Part shown: piece by piece, positions 10,734 to 24,228 of the stretch
How the letters are laid out: every line of letters starts with the position of its first letter
How positions within the stretch are numbered: position 1 is the stretch's first letter
Origin: Scyliorhinus canicula
Lineage: Eukaryota
DNA length: 64,000 nucleotides
Reading direction: 5' to 3'
NCBI RefSeq assembly: GCF_902713615.1
Contig: NW_024055447.1
Coordinates: 923,072-987,071 of the forward strand
The notes under the pieces: model-generated
What the model was told of the DNA's origin: nothing
Databases searched by the model: none
What the model saw: the letters and a program-made list of their open reading frames with translations, nothing else
Position numbers and translations under genes: made by a program

Positions 10734-12747
10734 TCTGGAGCAATCCAGTCAGAGTCATTCTCCTGCTCTGTCTCTATCTTCACAGGTTTATTTCTCTCAG
10801 GTTTCTATCCAATTTTTAAAAAAATAATTTATTGTGTCTATTTCCAAACACTGTCCTTGGCAGCAAGTTTAAGGTCATTGCCACTGGCTGTGTAAAAACA
10901 TTCTTCCTCATACCTCCTGTACCATTTACATGCACAGATACGGAGCAACGTAGAAAATAGGAGCAGGAGGAGACCATTTGGCCCTTCGAGCCTGCTCCAC
11001 CATTCATAACGATCAGAGCTGATTAGGCTCAATAGCCGAATCCCGCTTTCCCCCCATATCCTTTGATCCCCTTCACCCTCAGTGCTGTATCTAACTACTT
11101 CTTGAAAACATGCAATGCTTTGGCCTCAATTAGTTCCTGTGGCGACAAATTCCATAGGCTCACCGCTCTCTGGGTGAAGAAATGTCTCCTCATCTCTGTC
11201 CTAAATGGTCTACCCGGTATCCTCAGACTGTGACCCCTATTTCTGGACACCACTATCGGGAACATCCTTCCTGAATCTACTCTGTCTCACCCTGTTTTTC
11301 TTTTAACATAAATTTAGAGTGACCAAATTTTGTTTGCAATTAAGGTGCAGTTTTAACGTGGCCAATCTACCTACCCTGCACATCTTTGGATTTGTGGGGG
11401 TGAGACCCACGCAAACACAGGGAGAATGTGCAAACTCCACAAAGACCGTGACCCGGATTGAACCCGGGTCCTCGGCGCCATGAGGCAGCAGTGCTAACCA
11501 CTGAGCCACCGTGCCACCCACTTTTTATAGGTTTCTATGAGATCCCCCTCATTCTTCTGAACTCCAGCGAATACAATCCTAACCAATTCAAACTAACCTG
11601 CACATCTTTGAACTGTGGGAGGAAACCGGAGAACCCGGAGGAAACCCACACAAACACACGGAGAAAGTGCAAACTCCACACAGTCAGGGGGAGAATTGAA
11701 CCCGGGTCCCTGGTGCTGTAAGGCAGCAGTGCTAAGCACTATGCCACCCCCTGTCTTGCAACCCTCAAGAGAAAAAAAAATCCTTATCCCCATCTGAAAT
11801 GGGTGACCACTCACTTTGCAACAGTGACCCCCATGTTCCAGATTCTCCCACAAGAGAAACATCCTCTCCACATCCACCCTGTCAAGACCCCTCAGGATCT
11901 TGTATCATTCAATCCAGGTTTTACCCAAAACTTTAAATCTGTGTCCTGACTGCTTGTATGATCAGTGAATGGAAACAGAGTTTCTTTGTCCACCTGATGG
12001 AAATCTGGCATAATCGTGTGTCCCTGAACCAAATCTCCCCTCAACCTCCTTTGCTGGAACCATTCTGGTAAATCTCCTCTGCACCTTCTCCAAGAACCTT
12101 CCCATTCTTCCTGAAGAGTGGTGACCAGAGCTTTATAAAGATTCATAGAATAGAATTAGAACTATAGAATTCCTACAGTGCAAAAGGGGGCCATTCGTCC
12201 CATCAAGTCTGCACCGATTCTCTGAAAGGGCACCCTGCCTAGGCCCACACCCCTACCCTGTCCCTGGAACCCCAGAGCCCCACCTAACCTGCACATCCCT
12301 GGACACTGAGGGGCAATTTATCAAGGCCAATCCACCTAACTTTCCCTTCTTTGGACTGTTAGAGGAAACCTGAGCACCGGGTGGAAACCCACACAGGCAT
12401 GGGGGGAAAGTGCAAACTCCACACAGACAGTCACCAAGGTCACAATTGAACCCGGGTCCCTGGCGCTGTGAGGCAGCAGTGCTAACTACCGTTCCACCAG
12501 AAGCATAGTTTCTGTATCAATATTACTGTTTATGAAGGTCAAGATCGAATTTGCTTTGCCATCAACTCTCTTAATATGTCTTGTAGATGTACAAATTCCC
12601 TCTTCACCTCTTTCTCTCTCCTCCCAAAGAGGCCAGTTGTGTTTTTGTGACAATTCTGCCATTTTCATGGTCACTTTTTCCCAGAACCGGCCCCACAAAT
12701 GACCAGATTCATTCAGTTCAATTTCACAACCTGCTTTTGTGTTTTTC

Positions 12748-12968
12748 TAAAATAAATTTAGATTATCCAATTCATTTTTTCCAATTAAGGGGCAATTTAG
12801 CGTGGCCAGTCCACCTATCCTGCACATATTTGGGTTGTGGGGGTGAAACCGCAAACACGGGGAGAATGTGCAAACTCCACATGGACTGTGACCCGGGGCC
12901 AGGATCGAACCTGGGACCTCGGAGCCGTGAGGCAGCAGGGCTAACACACTGTGCCACCGTGCTGCCCG
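12748..12968 (-). mobile_element. Short-tail HE1-related SINE in the ZNF upstream intron
   Basis: Flanked by the direct repeat tttgtgtttt. Absent from the paralogous site at ~51495 (-). Confidence 0.85.
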
Positions 12969-13038
12969 CCTTTGTGTTTTTCTGGGTTCTCTCTCACTCC
13001 CTATTTTCTGTTTTAAATCAGTTTCACAGTGTGTTCGA

Positions 13039-14175
13039 ATGGGAGACTTCAAAGTCCAGAAACTCAAACCAAGCATCATGTCAGGATCTGACAGAGTCCT
13101 CAATTTATCATATCCTGAATATCAGCGGATTTTGATCATGGAAGGAAAAAGCATCGTTCACAGTGGGGAGAAACCGTACACGTGTTGCGTGTGTGGACGA
13201 AGATTCAGTCAATCATCAGGCCTCACAAGCCACAAATGCAGTCACACAGAGGAGAAACCATGGAAATGTGGGGACTGTGGCAAAGGATTCACTTACCCAT
13301 CCAAACTGGAAACTCATCAACGCAGTCACACTGGGGAGAGACCATTCACCTGTTCCAAGTGTGGGAAGGGATTCACTCAGTCATCCACCCTGCTGAGTCA
13401 CCAGCGAGTTCACACTGATGAGAGACCGTTTCAATGTCCAGATTGCGGGAAGTGCTATAAATGTTCTGGGGAACTAATGTGCCATCAATGTGTTCACACT
13501 GACGAGAAACCGTTTAGGTGCTCTGACTGTGGGACCGGGTTCAGACGGTCAGCTGATCTCGCTGTACATCAGCAAATTCATACTGGGGAGAGGCCATTCG
13601 CCTGCTCTCAGTGTGGGAAGGGATTCATTCGGTCATCGGCCCTGCTGAGACACCAGCGAAGTCACACTCGGGAGAGATCGTTCACCTGCTCCGAGTGTGG
13701 GAAGAGATTCAGTCACTCATCCAACCTGCTGAGTCACCAGCGAGTTCACACTGGGGAGAGTCCATTCACCTGCTCCAATTGTGGGAAGGGTTTCGCCACT
13801 TCATCCCACCTGCTGAGACACCAGCGAGTTCACACTGGGCAGAGACCATTCACCTGCTCCGAGTGTGGGAAGAGATTCACTCAGTCATCCAACCTGGTGA
13901 GTCACCAGCGAGTTCATACTGGGGAGAGACCATTCACCTGCTCCAAGTGTGGGAAGAGATTCAGTCACTCATCCAACCTGCTGAGTCACCAGCGAGTTCA
14001 CACTGGGGAGAGTCCATTCACCTGCTCCAATTGTGGGAAGGGTTTCGCCACTTCATCCCACCTGCTGAGACACCAGCGAGTTCACACTGGGGAGAGACCA
14101 TTCACCTGCTCCAAGTGTGGGAAAGGATTCACTCAGTCATCAAACCTGCTGAGACACCAACGAGGCCACAAGTAA
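13039..14175 (+). CDS. C2H2 zinc-finger protein, 12 fingers, no effector domain visible
   Basis: 378-aa ORF after acceptor tttcacAG (13028-13029). Alternative ATG at 13138 (MEGK). 12 C-x2-C...H-x3-H units with TGE(R/K)P-type linkers. Confidence 0.9.
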   Translation: MGDFKVQKLKPSIMSGSDRVLNLSYPEYQRILIMEGKSIVHSGEKPYTCCVCGRRFSQSSGLTSHKCSHTEEKPWKCGDCGKGFTYPSKLETHQRSHTGERPFTCSKCGKGFTQSSTLLSHQRVHTDERPFQCPDCGKCYKCSGELMCHQCVHTDEKPFRCSDCGTGFRRSADLAVHQQIHTGERPFACSQCGKGFIRSSALLRHQRSHTRERSFTCSECGKRFSHSSNLLSHQRVHTGESPFTCSNCGKGFATSSHLLRHQRVHTGQRPFTCSECGKRFTQSSNLVSHQRVHTGERPFTCSKCGKRFSHSSNLLSHQRVHTGESPFTCSNCGKGFATSSHLLRHQRVHTGERPFTCSKCGKGFTQSSNLLRHQRGHK

Positions 14176-14371
14176 CCACAGTAATTGGATTTTGCTGTTA
14201 CTCACATTCAGGACTGAGCCATATTCATTTGGGTCTTTTTCTGCTGATAACAAACTCCAGCCCATTTACAGGGGCTAATATTCTGGCTAAAAATCAAATA
14301 AATTAGATTTGTGTTAAATACGCAGTGTGTTGAAACTTTTTGATATCTCTGACACAAGTTAGTTCCTTTTG

Positions 14372-14920
14372 AAGTTCTCTCACTCTCCCCTGTCTCTTCC
14401 ATCCTCACCTCCAACAAGAAGCGCGAGGAGCTTGTGGAGCTTCTTTGTGACTGAGATTGAATAAATCCGATCAGCTGCCTCTGCTGCTTCCATCCCTTCC
14501 ACGAGCCCACCGGACCAAACTGTCTCCAAATTTCATCCTTTCCCAAGCCCTGAACCCACATCTTTCTCTAGTTTCTCTCCCATCTCCCCTCATGCCCTCT
14601 CAGAGCTCATCTTGTCCATGAGACCCAGATCCTGGCCCATCGACCCTATTCCCACTGAGCTACTGATCAGCCAACTATCCTGTGTCTATGGATATTGTCA
14701 ACATTTCTGTCTCTTCAGGTACTGTCCCTCTGTCCTTCAAATCTGCCATCATTACCCCTCCTCCATAAAACAGTCCCTTGACCCTGCCATCCTTACAAAT
14801 TACCATCTTCAACCTCCATCTCCTCTCCAAACTCTTTGAACATATTGCTACCTCCCAAATCCTTGCCCATCTTTCCCAGAACTCCCATGTTTGAATCCTT
14901 CAATCAGGTGTCCGCCCTGT
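14372..14920 (+). mobile_element. L2-type LINE fragment in the ZNF 3' flank
   Basis: PxSCxxDPIPTxLL and DPAILTNYxPISxLP-type L2 ORF2 motifs. Same 5' junction as the copy at ~50095 (-). Confidence 0.75.
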
Positions 14921-16427
14921 TTCAGTCGTGAAATACAAGAGACAAACAAAATCTTACCCGGAGAGAAGACAGACAATCCGGGAGCTTGGATGCAAGGGCG
15001 GCACAGTAGCACAGTGGGTAGCACTGTTGATTCACAGCACCTGGGACCCGGGTTCGATATCCGTCTTGGTCATTGTGCAGAGTCTGCAAGTTCTCCCCGT
15101 GTCTGCGTGGGTTTCGTTCGGGTGACCCGCTTTCCTCCCACAGTCCAAAGATGTGCAGGTTAGGTGGATTGACTGTGCTAAATTGCCCTTCGTGTCCAAA
15201 AAGGTTAGGTGGGGTTGCGGGGATAGGGTGGAGGCATGGGCTTAAGTAGACTGCTCTTTCCCAGGGCTGGTACAGACTCAATTCTCGGATTCTATAAGGT
15301 GGGATTGTCCTTTCTGAGCTCCAGCCAGGTGATGTTAAACACTCAGGCGGGAAAGACAAAAATCTACAACGTGTTTAAAACAGCTGATTTGTTTCACCAA
15401 TATCATTCTAGGATGTTAAACTCCAGTCCCTTCGAGGTTATTTTCATCAGAAACAATCTCCAACTATCAGAGTAAAAACCTCAAAGTTCTGGTACAGATA
15501 GAGGCCATTTGGCCCATTGTGTGTGTGCTGGCTGAAGTGGAGCTGTTCAGCTTAATCCCATTTTGCAGATCTCAGTCGATTGTCCTGTATGTCCCAGTCC
15601 TTCAATTGGATATCCAAGACATTAATTTTAAAGTGATCAGGATTTCTGTTTCTGTGATGCTATCAGACAGCGAGTTCTAGACTCCCACCACTGAAATGAT
15701 TTCCCCCTTCCACTCGCAATCCTCTGTTAATTACTTTAAATCTAAACCCCTTGGTTATTGATCTGTTAATGAAATAGATCCTTCTTATCCATTCTATCCG
15801 GGCCCTCAGAATGTTAAACACCTCAGTTAATCTCTCCTCAGCATTCTCTGTTCCACAGAAAACAACCTCGGCCTCTCCAATCTTTCCTCATTGTTAAAAT
15901 TCTCCACTTGTGTCAACATCCTGGTCAACCTCCTCTGCATTCTCTCTGGGATGAACACATCCTTCCTGTAATGTGGTGACCAGAGCTGTACTCAGTAATG
16001 TAGCTGTGGTTTATCTAGTGTTTTGGACAGCTCCAGTATAACCTCCCTGATCTTATAATAAACACAGAAAATGCTGGAAATACTCAGCAGCTCTGGCAGC
16101 ATCTGTGGAGAGAGGGGTTTCAGGTCTTTCCTCCAATAGAAATTGCCGGGAATATTCCCTGCTCTAGTATTCTGTCCCCGTGAATAACAAAGTATCCTCT
16201 CTGCCTTCACAATCACCGTATCTATCTCTCCTGTCACCTTCAGGGATCTGTGGACATGCACTCTAACGCCCCTTTTTCCCTCTCACCTCACTATCATACC
16301 ATTCATATTCTTTCCCTTTGCCGTGTTTGTCCACCACAAATGTATTTCTTATCCCGCGCTTCTCTGGATTGACCTGTTTGCTACTTTTCTGGCCCGCTGA
16401 TCAGTCTATTGATGTCTTCCTGCAGTC

Positions 16428-17652
16428 ATTACAGCCTTGGTTCAAACATGCACAAAAGCGCTGAATGCCAGAGGTGAGGTGAGAGTGTCTGCCCTTGACA
16501 TCAAGGCAGCACTTGACCGAGTATGGCATCCAGGAGCCCCAGCTAATCTGGAGTCAATGGGAATCGGTGAAAACTCTCCGCTGGTTGGAGTCGTACCTGG
16601 CACAAAGAAAGATGGTTGTGGTGGTTGGAGGCCAACCATTTCAGCTCCAGGACATCACTGCAGGAGTTCCTCAGGGTAGTGTCTTCGGCCCAACCATCTT
16701 CAGCTGCTTCATCAATGACCTGCCTTCATCATAAGGTCAGAAGTGGGGATGTTTGCGGATGACTGCACAGTGTTCAGAATCATTCGCCAACCCTGAGATA
16801 ATGAAGCCGTCCATGTCCAAATGCAGCAAGACCTGGACGATATCCAGGCTTGGGCTGAGAAGTGGCAAGTTACATTCGTGCCACACAAGTGTCAGGCAAT
16901 CACCATATCTTCCAAGAGAGGATCTAACAATCGTCCCTTGACATTGAATGATATTACCATTGCTGAATTCCTCACAATCAACATCCTGGGGGGTGCCATT
17001 GATCAAAAAATTAACTGGATGAGCCATATTAATACTGTGGTTACCAGGAAAGGTCAAAGACTAGGAATCCTACGAAGGGTAACTCATCTCCTGAACCCCC
17101 TCCCCCCCCTCTCAAAGCCTGTCCACCATCTGCAATGCACAAGTCAGGAGTATAATGGAATACTCTCCAGTTGCCTGGATGAGTGCAGCTCCAACAACAC
17201 TCAAGAAGCTCAACAGCATCCAGGACAAAGCAGCCCGCTTGATTGCTCCCCCTTCCACAAACATTCAGACCATCTATCACCGATGAACAGCCGTGTGTGC
17301 CGTCTACAAGATGCACTGCAGTAACTCAACAATGTTCCTTATTCAGTACCTTCCAAACCCATGACCACCGCCATCTCGAAGGCCAAGAGCAGTAGATCAC
17401 TGGGAACCCCACCAGCTGGAGGCTCCCCTCCAAGTCACTCACCACCCCGACTGGGAAATATATCACCGTTCCTTCGCTGTCACTGGGATAAAATCCTGGA
17501 ACTCTTCCTAACAGCACAGTGGGTGTACCTACACCTGAAGGACTGCAGCGTTTCAAGAAGGAAACTCCCCGCCACGTTCTGAAGGGCATCTAGGGATGGG
17601 CAATAAATGCTGGCCTTACCAGTGAAACCCACATCCCATAAATGAATAATAA
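16428..17652 (+). mobile_element. 5'-truncated non-LTR retrotransposon (Jockey group, CR1/L2-related) RT and 3' end
   Basis: ALDIKAALDRVWH, AGVPQGSVFGPTIFSCFINDLP, FADDCT, QQDLDDIQAWAEKWQVTF. Frameshifted; A-rich end. Confidence 0.85.
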
Positions 17653-18547
17653 AAGTCTGCAGCTTTCTTTCTCACTGCCAAAAAGAGGACCGTAAATAAC
17701 TTAATCCTGTCCCCATGTTAAAGTCTAAAGCATTGATATAGAACTCAAGAAGCATGGAATCGTGTCCTGGGAAATCTAAAATCCCACTGGAAATACTCCA
17801 CCAATCACAAACATACCTCTTGACCATTGCCCTTTGCTTCCTGCTGCTCCAGCTGATGTCACTTCCTGCACTTGTGATTGTTCTGGACATGAGAAGTATC
17901 CTGGTTTTCCCACGTGGAGCAGGACTGGAATACCACGGCCAGGTCTTTAATTATTTGATTATTTGACTTAGCAAAATAAATTTAAGATTAAAATAAATAA
18001 AGATTCATCAGCTTCTCACCAATCAGTTTCTTCTGTTGAGCTGAAGTCACCTTTTATCCAGGAATTAACTGAAATGTTTTTGATAATTGTTTTTTAAAAT
18101 AAATTTAAAGTACCCAATTCTTTTTTTTCCAATTAAGGGACAATTTAGCACTGACCAATTCACCGACCCTGCATCATCTTTGGGTTGTAGGGTAAGACAC
18201 ACGCAGACACAGGGAGAATGTGCAAACTCCACTCGGACAGTGATCCGGGGCCAAGGGATCGAGACCAGGTCCTCAAGCGCCTTCAGGCAGCAGTGCTAAC
18301 CAGTGTGCCATCATGCCACCCGTTTTTGTTAATTGTTAATATCTAAACCCCTCAAATGATTAATTGACTGAAAAATTCAGATGTCTTTATTCTTACAATG
18401 CCAACTTCATCTTTATCCCCTGGATTTGATTAACGGACCACAAACTGTAATTCTGTGAACGATGACTAGATTATTTCAGTTTTGCGATAATTAATGAATT
18501 GTCTCACTTTATAATTGATGAATGCAGTGACCAGGATGTGTTCTCCT

Positions 18548-19030
18548 CAGGACTGGGATGGCCTGTCATTGCCACAGGACTGGGATGCCCAGTCATTGCC
18601 ACAGGACTGGGATGCCCTGTCATTGCCACAGGACTTGGGATTGGCCTGTCATTGCCACAGGACTGGGATGCCCTGTCATTGCCACAGGACTGGGATGCCT
18701 GTCATTGCCACAGGACTGGGATGGCCTGTCATGCCAAGGGACTGGGATGCCCTGTCATTGCCACAGGACTGGGATGGCCTGTCATTGCCACAGGACTGGG
18801 TGCCCTGTCATTGCCACAGGACTGGGATGGCCTGTCATTGCCACAGGACTGGGTGCCCTGTCATTGCCACAGGACTGGGATGGCCTGTCATTGCCACAGG
18901 ACTGGGGATGCCCTGTCATTGCCACAGGACTGGGATGCCCTGTCATTGCCACAGGACTGGGATTCCCTGTCATTGCGACAGGACTGGGATGGCCTGTCAT
19001 TGCCAAGGGACTGGGATGGCCTGTCATTGC
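18548..19030. repeat. 27-bp minisatellite, ~18 copies
   Basis: Unit gccacaggactgggatg(g/c)cctgtcatt. It explains the repetitive ORFs at 18499-19106. Confidence 0.92.
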
Positions 19031-19939
19031 CTTTATTTATTCCATTATTAACTGACTGAAGCAACAATAAACTGGAGGTTAAATTAAATAAAGATTCATC
19101 AGCCACTCACCAATCAGCTCATTCCATTTGTCTGAAGTCACGTTATTTTTATCAGGAATTAACTGAAATGATTTTCTTCATTCTTATTACGTAAACAGAT
19201 TGGATTTTAACTTACTGAAGAATTCAGACTTTTTCACTGCTCCAATCACTTGTCATTCAGCTTCAACTTTATCCTCTTGATTTGATCAACAGAACACTAA
19301 CTGCAATTGTATAAATAATCACATTGATTCAGGTTTATACTAATTAATGAATCATGACTCAGTACATTAATGCAGTGACCAGAATGCTTCTCGCATAATC
19401 TCCTTGCTCTTATATTCCAGGCCTCGTCTAAGAAAGGATTCTTGGCTGCCTGATCACTCTATCCAGCTACCTGCGGATAGGGACTCCAATGCCTCTCTGT
19501 TGCTCTATGTTCTCAGTATAATTCTATTCATAGTTCATTCCCTTGACTTGTTTTCACTCTGAAATTCATTATCTCTCATTGTTTGCAGCACAGCAGTTAA
19601 TACTGATTACAGCGCCAGGGTCCCAGGTTCGATTCCCAGCTTCGGTCACTGGTCTGTGCGGAGTCTGCATATTCTCTCTGTAGCTGTCTGGGTTTCCTCC
19701 AGGTGCTCCAGTTTCCACCCATAATTCCTGAAAGACATGCTTGTGAGGTGAATTGGACATTCTGAACTCTCCATCTGTGTACCTGAACAGGCACCAGAAT
19801 GTGGCGACTAGGGGATTTTCACAGTCACTTCATTGCACTGTTGACGTTAGCCTACTTATAAAAATTCAATAATAAAGACTATTATTAAATTGAATTCCGG
19901 GGCGGCAGGTTGGCGCATTGGGGTATGTGGAACATTCCT

Positions 19940-21020
19940 TGTTCCAGGCCTACCCGGGTCCCCTCCCATAACCCCTTTACCGGTACATTGATGACTATTT
20001 TGGTGCTGATTTATGCTGTCGTCCGGAACTGGAAAAATTCATCAACTTTGCTTCCAGTTTCCACCGCTTCATCACTTTCAACTGGTCCATCTTAGACTCC
20101 TCCCCTCTCTTCCCTTCCTTGACCTTGCTAGCTCCATTTCTGGCAATAGACTATCTACTAATATCTATTACAATCCCACTGACTCCCACAGCTATCTTCG
20201 CACCCTACACCCTGTAAGGACTCCCTCCCTTTCTCTCAGCTCCTCCGCCTCTGTCGCATTTGTTCCGATGATGCCACTTACCAAAGTGGTGCTTCAAATG
20301 TGTTCCTTCTTCCTCAACCATGATTCATCACCTACAGCTGTAGACAGGGCCCTCAACACTGCACGGTCCATCTCCCACACCACTACCCTCACCCCGTCCC
20401 CTCCCTCCAAGAACAAGGATAGAATCCCCCTCATTCTCACATTTCACCCCACCAGCCTCCGTATGCAAAGCATAATCCTCTGCCATTTTCACCAACTTCA
20501 ACATGATGTCACCACCAAACACGTATTCCCTTCACTCCCTCTGTCAGCAGTCCACAAAGACCATTCCCTCCAAGATAATCTAGTCCACTGCTCCACAATA
20601 CCCAACACCTCTCCCATCACCTATGGCACCTTCCCATGCAATCGCAGAAGATGCAACACCTGCCCTTTTACCTCTTCTATGCTTAACATCCCAGGCCCAA
20701 AACATTAATTCCAGGTTTAAGCAGCGTTTCACATGCACCTCTTTCAATTTGGTCTATTGCATTCACTGCTTCCAATGTGGTCTCCTCTATGTCAGAGAGA
20801 CCAAACGTAGATCTTCGCTCTGTGCGCATTCAGGTCCCTGACCTTTCCGTTGATTGCCATTTTAACACAGGACCGTGTTCCCATGCCCACATGCCTGTCC
20901 TTGGCCTGCTGCAATGTTCCAGTGAAGCTCAAAGCAAACTGGAGGAACAGCATCTCATCTTCCGGTTGGGCACGCTACAGCCTTCCGGTCTCAACATTGA
21001 ATTCAACAACTTCAGATGAT
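19940..21020 (+). mobile_element. Penelope-like element, RT C-terminus plus GIY-YIG endonuclease, decayed
   Basis: KDRIPLILTFHP, GTFPCNRRRCNTCP, FTCTSFNLVYCIHCFQCGLLYVRETKR, KLEEQHLIFRLGTLQPSGLNIEFNNF. Stops and frameshifts present. Confidence 0.88.
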
Positions 21021-22239
21021 TAGCTCGAGCCCACCTTGACCCCTTCATTTTCATTCCATTTTATTTGAACTGTCTTTTACCTTTTATTTCTTTGTCTTTC
21101 TTTACATATATTTCCCCCCACTCTGTCCCACTATCTGATCCCCCCTTTCCCGTTGTTACCAGACTCCTAAACGACCCTCTTATGGACTGACCTCAGTAAC
21201 ACTACACCCCTGTATGCTTCGTCCGATGCCGGTGTTTATATAGTTACATTGAAAAATAAAAATTGCTTATTGTCACGAGTAGGCTTCAATGAAGTTACTG
21301 TGAAAAGCCCCTAGTCGCCACATTCCGGCGCCTGTCCGGGGAGGCTGGTACGGGAACTTGTGTACCTTATGTTACCGTATTATGTATTTTCTTTTATTTC
21401 CTTTTCTTTTCATGTACTTAATGATCTGTTGAGCTGCTCGCAGAAAAATACTTTTCACTGTACTTTGGTACACGTGACAATATACCTGACTAACCTTTTG
21501 GACACTAAGGGGTAATTTAGGATAACCAAAGGGGCAGCAGGGTAGCATGGTGGTTAGCATAAATGCTTCACAGCTCCAGGGTTCCAGATTCGATTCCCGG
21601 CAGGGTCACTGTCTGTGTGGAGTCTGCACGTCCTCCCCCTGTGTGCGTGGGTTTTCTCAGGGTGCTCCGGTTTCCTCCCACAGTCCAAAGATGTGCGGGT
21701 TAGGTGGATTGGCCATGCTAAATTGCCCGTAGTGTCCTAATAAAAAAAGTAAGGTTAAGGAGGGGTTGTTGGGTTACGGGTATAGGGTGGATACGTGGGT
21801 TTGAGTATGGCTCGGCACAACATTGAGGGCCGAAGGGCCTGTTCTGTGCTGTACTGTTCTATGTTCTATTTTAGCTCTCTTTTCCCTTGGTTTCTGTGGC
21901 TATGACTAATCTTTCATTCGCTACCCTACAGTATAAGTATCTCCCACTTTCAACGGCTTTTAGCTTTGACAAAGGGGCATCTGGGCTCTTCTTCTCCTTA
22001 CAGATGCTGCCAGACCTGCTGAGATTTCCAACATTTTCTCTTTTAGTTTCAGATTCCAGCATCCGCAGCAATTTGCTTTTGCAAATCACTTTGGGAAATA
22101 GAACATAACACAACACCCATTTGCACGAATTTGTGTTTTATTTCAACGAGGTAACAAAATATATTTTCTGCTGCCTATTTGGAGTTTCAACGATGCTGTT
22201 ATTACCCAACATACCCAGCGTTTGTGAATCTGCCCTGAT

Positions 22240-22600
22240 CACGCCCCAGGAGCCTAGTACGCAGGCGCAGTGTTATATATAGAGCATGCGCAGTTTCACT
22301 TTGCTCGGAGTCCTGCGAGCACATGAGGTTTTTTTCGGCAGGTGAGGGTCGCTGGGGCGGAGGGAGGAATTGAGTCGGGAATTGGGGTGGACAGCGAGCG
22401 GAGGCTTCATAAACACCTGGTGCAGGTTGCAAGCCCCGACAGGAGCCTGCCGGTCCCCTGCTTTCTGTTCCAGGGCGTTTTCCCGGGAACAGGCCCGGGT
22501 TAATTGCCGCCATCTTGTTTGGGCGGGCAGCGAAGCGCATGCGCGGATTCGGCCGGACGAGTGGGCGGGGCCTCAGGTTCCCAGTGACCCGGATGGTGAC
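22240..22600 (+). promoter_or_regulatory. CpG-rich ZNF promoter / exon 1
   Basis: GCAGGCGCA, GCATGCGCA, donor CAG|GTGAGG at 22342, GCCGCCATCTT (~22506), GCGCATGCGC (~22535), GC box. Same motif order as 7600-8000. Confidence 0.75.
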
Positions 22601-23389
22601 AACAATCCAAACAAAACAGCTGGAGGACATTCCACGGAGCTGACTGGGTGGGAGGAGGTCTGAAGGTTCAAATTAGAGCAAAATACTGCGGATGCTGGAA
22701 ATTGGAAGTAAAGACATAAAATGTGGATGAATGAGCGGGTCTTTCAGCTTCTGCGGAGAGAAATAGTTAATGTTTCGGATCTAAATGATCACAGCCGCAG
22801 GGACTGAGTATGCAGAGGGGAGGTTGGGGAAAGTAGATTGTTAGTGAGCAGGGGTAGTTGGAGTGAGTGGGGAAGGAGGTCTGAAGAGAGGAACCTGAGT
22901 GAGATGGGGGGGGGGGGGTTGAGAGAAGGGCTTCTGACTGAGTTGGGGGAGGAGGTTTGATGAGAGTGACCTGAGTGGGCAATGGTAGTTAGGCTTCTGT
23001 CTGTCAAGGGACGGGATATTGACAGAGTTTTTGTGTTTATATGTTGGGAACCAGCATGGAGTGTCTGGGAGCAGCCTAAGGTCCAAGAGAGCTCTGTGCA
23101 CACTGTTGGTGGGGAGAACAGGCAGAGTGTAAGTCAAATATTTTATATCTGGAATGTTGCAAGGGCATATTTTTGGTTTTGGACAACTCTTGGGCCTCCT
23201 TCACCATGTAAATGGTGTGCACTTGATACCCCTGATAAACCCACATGTCTCCAGTTTCCACAATCTTCACTCTCAACAGGTTTCACCCTTCCCCCATCAA
23301 TGGTTTTGTCATCAACATCTCCCTCCATACCCTCCCCCCTCACAAGATGTCCCCTTTTCTCCAGTGGATTTGGTCACTCCTGGTGTTGG

Positions 23390-23700
23390 GTGAACAGGTA
23401 TTAGTGTGAATCTGCATACAAGCAGCAGATTTTGACATGACCTTGTGTGGTGTTGAATCTGAGAGGTTGGCAAGGGGATAATTAGAGTCGTCAAGGTTTG
23501 AGGTGACAAAGGAATGAATGAATTTCAGTAGCAGATGAGATGAGGCAGCAGCAACTCTGGACAAGGTTACTGAGTTGGAAATAGACAGTCTTTGCGATGT
23601 GTCATCAAAAAAACAGTTTGGGATGAAATTTGACAACCAGATTATGAACAGATTGGTTCAGCCTCAAAGAGTTGCAATAGATATAGGAGCTAGGGAATGG
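23390..23700 (-). mobile_element. L2 LINE fragment
   Basis: FIHSFVTSNLDDSN resembles the L2 LIHAFVTSRLDYSN motif. Confidence 0.65.
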
Positions 23701-24228
23701 GATATGTAACACAAACTGAAGATGATTGCTTTCCTCGTCCTGATATTTAGATGGAGAACATTTCTGCTTATCCAGTAATGAGTCAGATAATTTGGGATGT
23801 TTCCGGATTTGGAGGGACACTTGGAGATGATAGTGGAGGTTAAGGGTTTTGGACGTCACATGAAAGCTCTGGTCGAGTTTTAGATAAAATCCTCTCCTTC
23901 AAGCCTTCCCACCTCCCTCTTCCTCTCTCCCCCAGATTGGGGGGGTGTAGGCCCAGATCAGGTGGCAGCTTCCCTTCCCGAAAGGACATTGGTGAACCAG
24001 TTGTTTTTTATGACAATTCAGCAGTTTTCATGGTCACATTTCCAAGTGTCAGTCCCACAAATGACCGGATTCATCCAACTCCATTTCACAAGCTGCCTTT
24101 GTGTTTATCACTCTCTTTTTCTCCTCTTTGAATTCATTTTTCAGGATATTGGAAGGGTAATTTGTCAATATCACATCAGGATGTAACAGTCACTCGACTC
24201 ATCAGAGCCAAAACATCAGCTTTTGAAC

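Noticed and set aside
13163-14306. Alternative-frame ORFs overlapping the ZNFs (WEGIHS.., SHWGETIHL..)
   Set aside because: These are standard shadow frames of C2H2 arrays and are seen at every ZNF in the window.
18499-19106. Cys/His-rich repetitive ORFs (CHCHRTG, LSLPQDWD)
   Set aside because: These are translations of the 27-bp repeat, open in several frames at once.
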